Assembly: GCA_047495785.1 (NCBI GenBank)
Contig: JBLDXI010000010.1
Location: forward strand, 124,001 to 188,000
DNA: 64,000 bases
Reading direction: 5' to 3'
Source of the DNA: Lepidodermella squamata
Taxonomy: Eukaryota; Animalia; Gastrotricha
Part shown: positions 13,901-28,004 of the stretch, piece by piece
How positions within the stretch are numbered: the first letter of the stretch is position 1
How the letters are laid out: each line of letters opens with the position of its first letter
Translations under genes and position numbers: made by a program
Notes under the pieces: model-generated
Told to the model about the DNA's origin: nothing
The model's input: the letters and a program-made list of their open reading frames with translations, nothing else
Databases searched by the model: none

Positions 13901-16725
13901 CGATCGGCGCAACAAATTGATAAAAACAAGCGGCCGTTTTGATTCGGTCAATTTACAACGAGACAATAGACCCCGCGAGTGTTTTTCGAGTCGTAAATAA
14001 ACAGCAAAAATTTGTCGTTTCATCGTTTCTTTTCGCCGTGTCTTGCGTTTCTTTCACGCACATTAATTATGCCGTTATTGCTGTAATGAAGGTAACTTAA
14101 TATAACACGACGACAGGCTTGAATGCAAATATATGAATAAGAAGGTTCTAAACCAAATAATAATAATTTGTTCGCATGGTCGTGTGGCGAGCCGGTTATG
14201 TAACCGCGACTTTGACCCGGGCCGCCTGGCAGCTGCTTGCTCAGAGCTAACAACAAGATGCTGACTTATTTGACCTGGGACCCACCACACAGCTGCCTTG
14301 GTACGTGCTCTAACCGCACTGGTAATGGATTAATACATCACATATATCAATCGCACGTTGCGCGAATATTAGCTCGCGCCGCCCCCCGAAGGGCCAGACA
14401 TCGTATATTGTAACCCGTGATAATGGGCAAGATTATTACTCATATACACGAGATGAAAATTCCCACCCCCGATTCGCTTCCTGGAACAAATTCGCGCATT
14501 AACAAGCAACGAATGACAGACCGGTGCTGCGTGATTCACGCCTCGCGGGCGCAAAAATAGACGATACATTTACCACCACAAATCGGCAGCAGCAAACGTG
14601 CTAAATTGATTACCGGGTACAGCAGCCCAACCGCCTTAAAACATTCCCAGGTAGAGCGGCGCCGATGTGCGCACGCATGTTTATAGCCTGGTCTAATTTT
14701 CCTTTATTCAACGATTCTACTATATTTGTTATTGTTCGACAAAAGAAGAAGAAGAAAGTAATGTTGGTAAACACTTAATTGCAAGAATTTCTAGCAACTA
14801 CGCCTCTGGCAGTAATAACGATGGAACTCGCGCACTACCACCTTTTCTTCGGCCGCAACAATAATAACAAAAACATCACTTGAGCTATTGCATCTTTTTG
14901 CGTCAGTAGTCGGCAGATGTGCTTCAAAAATTGCGAGTTATTTCGCTCATCACTTGAATAATTCGCGGGTATGCAAGAACACGCGTTTTCATTCCATCAA
15001 CGTGTGTTGTTTTTGATCTATCATAACCAGCGGGCAGTTTTCGCTCTCTCTACCTGAGTGATAGCCGCAGTAGTGGAAAACAATTTTTCGCGTGCTGCAT
15101 GACGGACGAAAAAAACTACTGTGGTCATAAATTGAGGGCGTTGTTGTGTGTTTTCTGGTCAAGCACCAGCTGCTGCGCAACTCGTAAATAACGACACGAA
15201 TTATGACGATGGCGTTGAAAATATTTTGTGTCTCATTTTATGGCTCCGGATGCCTTTCGACATGCCAAGCGTGGTGCAAACACGCGGGCAACATACGGTC
15301 AACTCATTAAAAACCCAGTAGTAGCTCTTCCCTACAAACTTCAATGTTTACCCACCCACAATTAAAGGTGAGATATTAAAGCCATATGTCTACTCCCATC
15401 TGTAGTATTATTTGACTAAATATGATGATGAAAATGATATGCAGACCTCGTAGAAGGTAATGAGTGTCCGCACGAGTGTCGTCCATTTGTTGTAGCGAAG
15501 CTGAAACGACGCTGACGAATCGATGTTGTGAATTATCGCTACGGATGACGATGTATCAGCCGGCGATGATTGACCAGGCGAGGCGAGTTGTTGGAAAAGA
15601 GTTTCATTTTCGGCGCACGGCGGCCATCTAAACAAATAAACAAACAAAATTAATCGAAAAAATCAACGTCAAGAGATGTAATTTCATTATTTTTCTTCAT
15701 TTCTTCGTCTCGATTAAAACGGCGCTGTAATCACGGAGCGTGGCCGCGTTTATTGCGATTATTTGTCAACATAAAAATGTAGATTAATAATCGCAATTTT
15801 GATACTAGACTACGTGGGCGCAAAACAACAATCCACCCTTTTATGACCACTGGCGACCAGCAGCAAGCGGAAAACAAATCAATAGAATTTCGCGCAATTT
15901 TCAGCAAGTTAACAACAACAGAACACGGCTTTCCGTTCCTTTCTTTTTCTCCACTAACCCTCATGTAACCTGGCAATAAATATCGCGCTGCTTATAAGCT
16001 CACCTACAAATAACAAATGATGAGGGCCACTTCAGGTATTTGAAACATCAAAACACATCAAGAAAAATAATAAATTTTGAATTCGCACCCGTAATTCAAG
16101 ATGATGAAAACACGTTAGGTCAAATTAGCACCTAAAATAATTATAAGATCATACATTCTCGCCCTATTTATAAGTAATTTAATTTATCCAGATGAGCACG
16201 CCCCGCCCCCAAGATAAAACCGTGTTGTTGTCTCCATCTCTATCAAAAGCCCGAGACCTTGTCGCGAAAGACGACCATTGATGGCATCAGACTATTCACG
16301 CAACCACCGAAAGATATAAATAAAACGGCGCTGAACTTACATTGCTTTCATTAATGAACTGAACAGCTTGCAACTCAAAAGGTCTTCGTATTCCAGCGAG
16401 CCATCTTGCTGGTGTAAGCAGTGAGTCTATAAAGAGACAAGACAAAGACATAACTTGACAATGAAAGTTAATAAATATCGCAGTGGTGATAATGATAAAA
16501 GATAAATGCTGATAAAAGAATGACAGTAAGAAAATTAAGCTACAAACAGCTCTGTCAATGCATACATAATTATATAAAAAGTTAAATTCCAATGTTATTA
16601 ACGATTGCATTAATTAAAGCTATTTACTTCTGCATCAAAAGAAAGCTGAATAAAAATCAACTTACCCATACTACCAAATGAGATCTTAAAAAATCATCTT
16701 CCGTCTGCATCACCGTGTCTCGCAT
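4967..16725 (-). CDS. CCDC88C: Girdin/Daple (CCDC88, Hook-related) coiled-coil protein; exons 16725-16666, 16426-16341, 15627-15447, 10932-8986, 8072-6073, 5357-4967
   Basis: Hook domain spread over exons (DDFLRSHLVVW; LRYNKWTTLVRTLITFYE|IALQQLVLAAPPNV; LRLILGCAVQ). Long coiled coil (LRDELD). C-terminus VWYEFGCV matches the Daple PDZ-binding motif VWYEYGCV. All intron phases are consistent. Confidence 0.92.
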
Positions 16726-18560
16726 TTACATATGAGATAATTGGTCTAAAACTGTAAAGATAAAACATGAAAAAAATTCGTTGAAAAGTGATAAAAATAA
16801 GCAAAGCACAACTATCAGACATCGCGACTATGTGACTAGCATAATGCATAATGATAATGTTCTTTATCATTTGAGCCGTTCATCCCATCGACCTATAAGC
16901 CATTCGAATAACTGAAATTCGGCGTACATCTGGCAAACGCAACTTAACAGAACTGAAAGTTGCCATGATAGAATGCATGGCAATAACTGGGGACGAACAG
17001 CAAGAAGCAAGAAGCAAGATAATGAAGAGAAAAGTAATAAGTAAAAGTAGGAAACCACCTGATATGGTACCGAATATAAGAAAGAATAAATAATAATATT
17101 TTCAATTGGTCGGTGGTTCAGAAAGAATTGGTCGATAAATAATGATGGAGAGCAGTTTTCTTCTCAACGATGGCATCCCAATCGCTTACTTAGTGCGCAG
17201 GTAAACAAAAACACGATCTTGTTGAAAGTTCGAGCACTAAGGCCGGGTTATATTGAGATCTAAAGCTGTGTTCAAGGCAAAAATGCATTATGATACTTTC
17301 TAAAAGAAGTAATAAGCTGAAAAGAGTTGGCGTAAATGAAGCAGGAGTGATTTCTGCAAGTTTTTCACTTACTAAGTGAAGACGAATCTCTAGCCTTATT
17401 GTTAAAAGCTCTGGGGATACTGCTGTGCCTTTATATCCAAGCGACAAAAGAAAGAGATTCGCACGAAAACATGCATAGAAATTGAGATTAGTAGGTATGT
17501 CCATAATGAACGTGTCCTACATCCGAACAAACATATTGTAAACATATCACCGCAAAAAACCTGCAATTATCTTGAGCATATATACCTATGGCATTGTCAA
17601 ACTACGATGTAAGCCAAAAAGCAATAAGGTGCAAAATAGCAATCGCAGAACGAAGGCAAATATTCAGGGAGAGCGCGTCAGGACGAAGCACCAAATCAGA
17701 TTCTACATATGTAGCTGACATAGCGCTGACCAAGCGGGCACAAGGGGCGCAAATAAATGACTGGGCAATATTGAGTATATTGCATATGCCGCACAGTATA
17801 TAGCATATATGAGGGAACATGTGTTGGACAATGCCCAATACCGCAAATAGCGCACAACGGAAATTGGCCGTTAGAGCGCAGCCGGCAAAAAGCGTCCTTA
17901 GAAATTGGCGGCCCTTTAAATTACTCATAAACTGTGCTTTAATTTATCTAAAACATTAATTTAGAATTAATTCGAAATTAAAAAATTATAAGCGTCAAAA
18001 TATGCCGCTCACCGCGTGTTTGAATCGTTTTTTTCAGCTTGTCAGCTGTTTTTAGTTTTCTCCCCCGCGCTTTCAACGAAGGACTAGTTACGAATTAACG
18101 TGATTTTGCGTCTAAATTGCTTGTAATCCCTGCTCATTGAAACTTTTTTGCATCAGCAATCGCGCTGGAGCACAGTTCTTTCGGACTTATCTGGAACTGG
18201 CGAGCTTGCCAGCTTTTGCCTGATTTTTGTATGGTCCAATTGACTCCTTACTCACTATCCGAGAGTAAACTTCAGTTATATTTCAATGATGAATAAATCT
18301 GTTTGCATTCGGCCTATCCTTGTGCCGCACGCCAATGCTGCCTATCTTAAATCCTAGTTCCCAGTGATGTTTCATCAGTCACATCCTACTACCCAATAAG
18401 TATGTTGTATCGTAGATGACTGATGCGTATGTGACTCAATTTGATGCAAATGTTGCATGCTGCATTCTAAGATTTATATATAGCTCATTCTTTTATTATT
18501 TTCCTGCAAATCTGATATATTTTCATAGTTATTTTAGAAATAACTTGCTTCAACTAAAGA

Positions 18561-19941
18561 ATGACTAAATCAGGGGTGAGTTATACTTATTTCCGTTTGT
18601 TCCATATTTCAATACCTGTTATTTTCACAGGTTCTCTACACCAATCCTGAAAATCTTCGCAGCAACAAGATTCTCATTGCTGCTAAATACTCAGGGTTTG
18701 ATCTGAAGAAGGCTGACAATTTCGTTCTCGGTGAAACGAACAAGACCGCTGATTACTTGTCGCACTTCCCTAATGGCTCTGTCCCTGCCTTCAAGACATC
18801 CGATAACAAGTATCTTACCGGTAGCGATGCCATTGCCTACTACGGTATTTCCTTGATATATATTTATCATTAATGTTAGTTCAACTTCTTCATTTTAGTT
18901 GCAAATGAGCAACTCCGTGGCAAGACCGAATTCGACACCGCTCACATTCTCCAGTGGGTTCATTTCGCCGATGCTGAGATTACCCCAGCTGTTGCCGCTG
19001 TTGCCCTTGACAAGTTGGGTGTCCGCAAGGAAGCCGGTAAAGAACTCGAGAAGGCGAAGGCTGCCCTCCAGCACACTCTTGCCGTTCTGGACGACTACTT
19101 GAGGACTCGCACTTATTTGGTCGGCGAGCATGTCACTCTTGCTGACATCTCTTGCTACACCGCCCTCCTCTTGGCAGAGCAGCATCATCTTGTTGATGAG
19201 AAGAAGTACGTCAATGTTCAACGGTGGTACAACACCTGCGTCAACCAACCCCAAGCCAAGGCTATCCTCGGAGAAACTAAGGCTGCTGGTGGCGCTAAGG
19301 AGGAGAAGAAGGCCGAGAAGAAGAAGGAAGAGCCGAAGAAGGCCGCGGCTGCCAAGGACGATGAAGACGATGATGGTGTTGAAAAGAAGGCACCTGAAAC
19401 CGATCCCTTCGCCGTCCTTCCCGCTGGGTATGTTGAAATTGGTTTTAATTGGCAATATCATTGTTAATAATGTTCCCTTTATAGCACCTTCAAGATGGAC
19501 GAGTGGAAGCGCACCTACTCGAACAATGACTTCACCAGCGTCTCTCTCCCTTACTTCTGGCAAAACTTCGACAAGGCAAACTACTCGATCTGGTTCGCCG
19601 AATACAAGTATGCCTCGGACCTTACCCAGGTCTTCATGACCTGCAACTTGGTCACCGGTATGTACCAACGCCTCGACCGTATGCGCAAGCACTCGTTCGG
19701 TGTGATGGCCATCTTCGGCACCAAGAACGACAACACCATCACCGGCACCTTCATCTGGCGCGGTCATGACTTGGCGTTCAAGCTGAGCGAGGACTTGCAA
19801 GTCGATTACGAATCGTACGACTGGCGCAAGGTCGACGCCGACTCAGACGAGGCGAAGCAGTTGGTGCAGGACTACTTCGGTCGTAACGACAAGATGGAGT
19901 TCAAGGGCAAGAAATTCAACCAGTGCTTCGTCTGGAAGTAA
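18561..19941 (+). CDS. EEF1G: Elongation factor 1-gamma; exons 18561-18575, 18631-18844, 18899-19427, 19485-19941
   Basis: N-terminus MTKSG|VLYTNPENLRSNKILIAAKYSG, GST-like domain (TYLVGEHVTLADI, NVQRWYNTC), Lys/Glu linker, C-terminal domain (MDEWKRTYSN...LQVDYESYDWRK). Strong codon bias. Confidence 0.97.
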
Positions 19942-20902
19942 ATGCTTCGCGGCTCCGAACCCCGGTTTTAAGAATATAACATATCCAAGGTCATTCTTGT
20001 TCGTTGAGAGTTTGAAGCTGAGAGGGAGTTTAATAAAACAGAAATGGTATTCATTCTCGCATGCTTGTGCTTATTGACGAGCGGTGAAAAATTTATCTTA
20101 AAGATACAAAATAAAACAATTAATTTAACATTTCGCCTTGATTTTATTTTCTCATATAATATTGACTGATTTTGACCATTACTTAAGCTTAAAGGAAACG
20201 AAGAGTGAGGCATTATCAGGAAGAAATATTGTAAGCCAGCGACTCGAACGTACGATTTGAATGTTAAAATAAGCACCTCAGGAGGCGTCAATTCTCGTCA
20301 TCCCGGGCTTGAAGTCTTCAGCGTTTACGAGACTGGTGGAATCTTTTTAAGCTTACAAGTACGAACATGTGTTTGCGTGAAAAGCTTCAAAGAAGATGGT
20401 TTAAAAAATCTTAATCCTCGTCACTTGTCCACCTGTTAAATTTTCCAATCAGCGATAGATCACTCAGATTTGATCTAAATCGAAAATTTTCACCGAATTC
20501 CATCTTTTCTCCTCTAAAGGAATTTTATAGCTATTGCCAGGATGTTAACTCAAAGTTTCGTGGAATTTCCTATTTTCTGAAAGTAAATCATCATGCGCCG
20601 TACTTAAAGAGTCAAAGATGCGCACTTCTTCGATTGATTTTTCGGTTGTTGGGTGATCTTAACATTCAAAACATAACTCCAACTCTTCGATTGTAGTTGA
20701 GCATGATCCAAAGACATGAAAGTTGCTAAAAGTTGCAATATTCACCGGGTTTATTGAGCAACAGTTTTGTTGAAAGAGAAAATTACCATAAAAAGACTAT
20801 TAAATGCATAAATTAACGTGTTGTAAGTTCTTTGGTTTTCAGATAATTATGACAAGATTCAACGTATATATTTTTCGAAATTTCCGCCGAGTGGATTTGT
20901 TT

Positions 20903-21701
20903 TCAATAGCCATGTTTAGCTTGTGATTCGTTGACTTCGTTGATGTGCTGCAAGTGGCTGCGATCAGGCAGGCAAGAATGACGGCGAATTTCAGCAACAG
21001 CGTCACCTCCATCGTCCTCCTCGTCATGCTCAGCAATTGCCGGGCACAGAGAATTGGCGCTGTCGGGCGAGCTCCAAGAGTGGCCAGTGCCTAAATTGTC
21101 TGAAACAGGAGCCTGGAAAAAAAATTTATACAGCTGAAAAACCGGAATTCCTAAGCGTTTCAAACCAAGCTCATAGCGCGACGCATTGCGAAACCCGCGT
21201 GTCCAGGGCGAGATTTGCGTAGAACGTCGAGTAGTTCGCGCTTTTCAGGGGTCAGGCCCTCGTAGAGTTGGCTCTCGGCTGGCAGAACGCTAACACAGCC
21301 GACGAAAGATGTCGACTTGGAAAGACGCTTGCTGGGCAGTATTCCGACTTGCATATCGGATCCGTCTGTCTGAGTAATTGCCAACTTCTTCTTCTTCCAA
21401 GTCATCCTGTTTCAAAAATTAATATCGTGAAATTTCCGAAAATCTCGTAGTGAAATTCTATGAAATATTTTCTTTTAATCCTATAATAGCTAAAAAATAT
21501 TTTGTACTTGTAAATTCCGAAGGTGACAACAAATGCGATACCAACAGCACCGATAATGCATCCACATACAAGGGCCGTAGTGGCCAAGGGGCTCATTTGG
21601 TCTGGAGATTGAGTTTGGACCATTATCGCTTCGCTGTCCACCTTAGCAGCCAAGATGGGCATGTCGCCGGCATCGGACGAGTTACTTGCAGCAAGTTCCA
21701 T
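20903..21701 (-). CDS. Orphan single-pass membrane protein; 3 exons (about 21701-21508, 21406-21166, 21112-20903)
   Basis: Hydrophobic helix ALVCGCIIGAVGIAFVVTFGIY followed by WKKKK. Three ORFs join in frame via GT-AG introns (GIYK|MTW, AMSL|APVS). Confidence 0.7.
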
Positions 21702-24700
21702 TATAATTAAAGTTGAAACAAAGGCGGTTCTCAATTGATTTTATCGCAAATTCGTGCGGACAAAGGCAACTTCCGAATATCGATCGAGTTTTTTCGCGAC
21801 AACAAAATTTGTTTTCGTGTTTTGCGGTTATTATTTGTTGAAAATAAAACAACGTATGCTATAGGATTCAGGAAGTCGTAAAATTTTTATGAAAAACAGT
21901 GAATTGAAAACTTGCTCAGGGTAGCATTAAGGGAGTGTGCTTGCAAATATAATATAGCAAAGAAATAATATTTTTATAACACATGGTTCAGCCGAAACTT
22001 CTTCGGCACGCGACTTTTTTCGAAATTTCAAGAGCCGCCTGCCAACTTTTCACGCGATCTATCTTTTCTTTTTATTATCAGACGTTGCCCTAATACTTCA
22101 TGGGCGGTACCAACGTGGAACTGGAACATGGATCGCATCAATCTTGAAGTGCTATTTATTCAGCATATATAAAGTAGGATGTGTGATGCGAAAACAAGTA
22201 GGTTTTAGAGCATCAGGATATGGATATAAATGGCGGCTTTTAGCGGTAGCTCAGAAAGCACATCAGTGACACAAAACGGCCTCTTGAGCATTATACTATT
22301 ATTTTCACCCACACCTGGCGGACAGTGGCCGATTATTTTTTGTATTATAGCACACGCACTATAAAATAGGTCGCGGCTTGCTCGGTGCGACTTTTTCCTG
22401 TTCTGGTGGGTAATTATACACCTTTTTATGCAAATCTTTGAAAAATAGCCATCGCACTTCATTTTTTATTTGCTAATCGGCTGCTGCTGGCGTTACAGTG
22501 CATTTTAATATAAAGTGCAATTTTTCTAATAATCGGCCGAACTTTTGGCAATATATTTCGCGAGCGCTTTGATTGACAGCAACGAAAAAATAGACAGCTT
22601 GTAATGAAATTTTCGGCCAAGTATTGTGTTTTTTTGTCGCCGCAATATACAAAGCGCACTTTCACGAATACACCTACGGAGACAAATCTTATTATATCGA
22701 TTTTATAACATTTATCGCATTATATACCATCTCTTATATACTATTGTTTTTCCGTAATACAATTACGTTTTTTCGGTTGGTTGGAATATCATCTCTCTCC
22801 CTGAAATTCAATGCGCGCGACAAATTTTGTTTATTTGCGGCTTGGTTTTTCGGGGGTTAATTATTGACATGCGATTAATCGGTACACAAAAACAACAGTC
22901 TCGAATTACGGTGATATTAGCTTTTTCAAAATGAGGCTCCCGTGCCGGTGGCCAGTTGTCCACACACGCGGCGCCACCTCTCGATTGGCGCTGTATAAAT
23001 TAGTATTAGTGTCATCAGTAGTATTTTTATTTTATATATAAGCATATTCATGTGCTCTCCTCAGTGCCATCAGTTAATTTTTGTTTATCTACAAAAATAG
23101 CCGCAAAACACTTGTGCTAAATGTCAAGTGCCGAGTCTCATCATTTACAAGGTATTAGGATTATTATTATTACTATCTCTCTGTCATTTTTATTTTTATT
23201 TGTAATATTAACATAAAAACCCGCGTGAGAGGAAAATAAAATACTTGTGTTAAACGAACTTTACGACTCATGTTCTCACATTACTTGTTTTTCCTTCTAT
23301 CGACACTATTTTTTTCCTAAATTTTTTTCCCCGCTTTAATTACAAACGTCACGCAAAAGTTGTTGAATTATTTTATCAGGTTATAGGATAAAATCAGGTA
23401 TTATTTTGCCATCTACCTATCCATCAGCTGCGCATTGTTATTCATCCGTCTCGTGTGTGGGAACAATGATGTGTTTTTTCGCCTCCAAGGGTGAAAAATA
23501 CCCTGTGAGATAATCGCGCTTTGCGTCTTTGCGAGCGCGCGCGCGAGTTGAACATTAGCGTTTTGCGAGCGAAAAATAGCAGTATAACCAGCAGTTGGTT
23601 GTAACAACAGTATCAGCTTGGCGGCACAGGTAAATAGCAAAAACGTCAGATTAACTCATTTTCACTTCTCACGCGCTGCCGATGAAGATGATGATGACGA
23701 TGATGATGAATGAATTATTCGCCGGAAAAAAAATATGAACAGGTGATATGAGAGGATCCGCTGCGTGCTAAAAACAAAAAGGATTATTTTTCTCATTTAT
23801 TTTCCCATAAAAATGATAACCGGCTACTTTGCAATATTATATACGAACACTGGTACCACGTTGGTACCTGCTGGTACTTTATAACGGTTACACGTGTGCA
23901 CTCGCCGCTCATCTTCTATCTACGTTTCCGAATGATGAGATGATCGTTATATATTTTATTGATAATGATGATAATAGGTCTCATGTGCCGCTCGTTATAA
24001 TTATTGAGCGTTTTTACCTGAACATGCCCTCTCGCCGCAGAAGGCTAATAGGCTCACGACCGTAAACTGCTGCGTACTATTTCGATTGTATCTATTTCGC
24101 TATTATAAGAGCGCGACTCTTTCAATTATTAATAATATTATATTGCATTGCGCGCACTCTGTTACCAATTTAAACGCATTATCACGCCTGAGATTATATA
24201 CTTATTTAGTAAATAATGATACATCATATAGTATATAGGCAAAAAGGTGTTCGATATTATTTGTAAAACTCTTGACCTGACGCGATCACGCGCGGTAGGG
24301 GAAATCTCGTTATAAACAACTCGCCGAATTTTCTTAGATTTTTAGCGTCGCATAAAATATTATCCGCATTTTAACGCTTATTATTTTTCGGCGAAAATCC
24401 TCTGGCGAAAAATCATCGCATCTCCTCGGAGAGATCAAACGGCGTCGTCAACAAATTAACGCGCCCTTCAACTAGATAAACAAACAAACAAACGAACAAG
24501 AATAGTAACAAAAGTGATTTCGCCGTTGTCTTCGGGATTCAATTACTCATAATTGAAGCTCTTGCAAAAATTGAAAAATTCACCTCGAAATTTCCCTCCT
24601 ATCATCGATTTACAGCCGGTGAAACGTTATCTTTAATCACGAGGTCGGAATCTTTTCATTTTTAGCAAAAGATAATGTGAACACTCTTCTCAGTAGAAAT

Positions 24701-25787
24701 TTGAACTTTTTTAGGAGGATTTTCCAAGAATACCTGTGTGCGCGAAAATTTCCTAATTCCCGAAATATTGTTTACTTCTCTTGAATTTTCATCGAAGCTT
24801 AAAGCTATTCCCAAAAAACCTTGGATATTGCAGGATATTTTCTTCGGAAAATATTTCCGTGAGATCCTAAAGTGGTTTGTTTTCTAGCGAAACGCCAAAA
24901 GTCAACACGTTTTATTGCCAATTATTTTCGCATTTTACTTCTTATAGCCCTCGAAAAATAACTTGTAGCAAATAATATCCCAAGAGAGCAAACAAAGCGT
25001 CACCAATTCAAGTGATTGATTTGCTATGGCCCTTCTAAAGATTCAATCGCTGCGATAATGGCCGGCTTGTTGTTGTTGTCGCCACGAAAATTCGCTCAGG
25101 TGCTGTGTGAATTGGCGCGCGAGGTCACGGCGATAAGACTGATATTATTTATCTCTCTCATTTTAATAAAACGTTATAGCTCACCCAGCTATAGAGCATG
25201 CTGCCTTAAGTCGTATCCGGAAGGAAGAAGATATTTCGGCATTCCTTTTCGTTGTTATTCGACCAGCCGCGCTTATAATATAGACACACACACACGCACA
25301 TGATGGCCCGATGTGTATAAATCTTAATTGGGCCGAGCCAGCATTTAGCGCCGACATCACGCGCGTCCGGGCGGCGGCCGTCTCTGAGGCCATAATCGCG
25401 CGCGTGTCTCACCACTGGGGACACAGCGCTCAAGTTTGCCGACGAAACTTTTTAACAAAATCGACAAGCGCAAACCCCGAGGCGCGCATGATGTGCCGGT
25501 CACTATTGCGCATCAAAATCTGGCGCGCGCGCGCGACCAATGTTTACCAACCGTGATCGCTCGCTCAACGGTCAAGCATGTGGTATTTTAGACCACCCTG
25601 CTGCCGGCTATTTTAAAAAGCAAACAATAACGCGGAAACTTTTTTCACCATCATTACTAATTCCTTTCAACGTGATAATTCCATTGGCCTAAATTATTTT
25701 TCGTGTTTGCTCGCCAAATTTTATTGTTTACTTTTTCCACCGGATATAAAAGCGCGTCATTTTTGCGTCATTTTTATAGACAAAATA

Positions 25788-28004
25788 ATGTCACTTTACG
25801 CCGTTTATGAAGGCGATTTTTACGACGTTGCGCAACCTCCACCTGACATATCGCCAGCAGAATGTGCTCAAATTGTGGCGAAGAAGTTTGCAAATCACAA
25901 AAGCGACGAACTTCAGCAGAGAATAGCCGCCATCTGCCGCGGCGAATCGAACGACAAAATTAACGATGAAAGCGTCTACGACGCGTCACTATCAACCTCG
26001 ACCCAGCCTTCGATCGAAGTTTTGCTGTTGACTGAACTCTCGACGACGACTTCTACCTCGACCTCTACCTCTTCTTCTTCTTCAGATCACCGCCAGCAGC
26101 AGATTATTCATTTAGAAACGCCACCCATGCGTGACCATGCGAGACAGTGGGCCATATCCGAGACGGCCTCGGGGACTGTCAGCGTCGTTGAAGTGGCGCC
26201 GTCTTCGGAGGCGTTCGAGCCCAACTGGCTGCCGTACGTGCTTGCGGCAGTTATCGGCACGTGTTTGTGTGCCGTCGCCATTTTAGTCGCCATTGTTGTC
26301 TTTCGCCGTTTTGCCTCGTCCTCAGCGTCGTCTGGCAGGTTTAGCTCGACGTCTCATAGCAGGTAAATCGTGACAAATTTCACAAATTTAAATTTACTTC
26401 ACGCTCGGGTCCCTCAAAATATGAATTCGACAAAGTTTTTGAATTTTGAAAATACTGATGGTTTTGGATTGGTCATTATCATAGGCAGGATCAGCTTTCC
26501 ATTTTTCATTTCAATTTATACAGTTTTAATTGGCTTCAGAATTCGCAACTCTCCTGTAGAGGTCAACAAGAGTCATTTCTCGAGTTTCAATTTTTCTTTT
26601 ATTTCCTATTTTTTCGACTTCTTTCAGTATAGCAAAATTAGGATGGCAATTAGCCTTGACACTGGGTAACAGGAATAGAAAAATTCGGAGAATTTTGATC
26701 CAACCTGGTGGTACCAATATAATTACTGATCAGTTACTATCGCGCTTGTTCGAATTTTTCCCGATTTAAAATTCAAATTTCTTAAGTGAAAGCGCTGATA
26801 TTGGATGGGAAATGTCCTTCACAGGTTTAAGGTTCAATTAAAAAAAATGTGTTAATTATCTGAAAAAACTGCCAATTCAAAAATGGGACACGCTTTATTA
26901 CTAAGGCGAATTCGGAGTTTCATTTGCTGAGCGGATCTTGAAGTGCGCGAAATTTTGGTTTAATTGTCGCTAAAAGTGGGTGTTCGATCGAAAAATTTGA
27001 AAATTAGTTCGACGCAAATAATTTTCGGAGGAAAAACTCAGATTTTGCCCTCAAATCGTTGCGTTGAAGACCGATTAAAATAGGGGACATTAAGGTGGCA
27101 CTTATTTAGACGTCATCCTTAAGCTTTCATCACCACATCAAGTCTCGAAAATTTTAAACTATCATCGAATTTGAAAAAAATCGAAAAAATGCTGAAAAAT
27201 TCAGGTGATTTTTTTCTTAGTTAATGCCAAATTTCTCCAATCACGTTTGTTTTACTGGATTTTTTTCCAATAAAATGGCTTCTTCGAAATTGGTGTCAAT
27301 AAATAGGGGCGTTTAAGAGCGCAGACCTGCTTATTTCATAATAATATGAAGAAATTGATAATTCTTCTAAGAAAGCCCTTGTATCATTCGCTCTAACCCC
27401 TTCTGCAATCATTTCTAGATCCAACAGACCGTACAACCGGAGCAATGATGAAACACCCGTCATGGAGGTGACATTTCACCGGCCAGAAGAGCTTTTACAG
27501 CACCAAAATGCGCAACTCCTGCCGTCACAGCAGCATTTGGTGTCGTCATCATCATCGTCCACATCACCGCCGGGCACTAACTACACGAACACCAGCCTGA
27601 AAGAGCCATTATTCCGCGGCGTTCTGGCTATTGGTGATGCCATGATAATGGGCAACACCAGCCGGCCGGCTTCAACCAGCCAGACTCGGCGGAAAATGTT
27701 ATTCCCGCCGAAAAATGGCTCCAATAACGACCACGGTTCTACCTCGCTATGGGTCGACTGTGCCGATGAAATTGTTCGGTTGTTAACGGTCGAACAGCCT
27801 GCGTGTAACACGAAATCTTCGACCCCCGAAAAAACTAGTTGCGGCTCGAGTAACGGCTCGGCTAATAGTCACAATAGTACGCTAGCGTTGACGATGATGT
27901 CCTCGGCAGCGTCGACCACCCTGCCGACGATAAGTTGCCATAGCAACGCGTTTGTTACAACATCGCAGGGCCAGCATGCGCCGTATGTTGGCACTTTCAT
28001 GTAG
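25788..28004 (+). CDS. Orphan single-pass membrane protein; exons about 25788-26362 and 27419-28004; may have further 5' exons
   Basis: Ser/Thr-rich stalk, TM helix WLPYVLAAVIGTCLCAVAILVAIVVF followed by RR. Phase-2 intron joins in frame to ORF 27462-28004. An acceptor (tttttatag) precedes the ATG. Confidence 0.65.

Noticed and set aside
11000-15400. Many short ORFs in Daple intron 3
   Set aside because: Non-coding composition, no motifs and no consistent exon chain
18895-19800. 301-aa antisense ORF over EF1-gamma (and 6-458 over cathepsin L)
   Set aside because: Shadow ORFs expected from strong codon bias of the sense gene; no recognisable protein features
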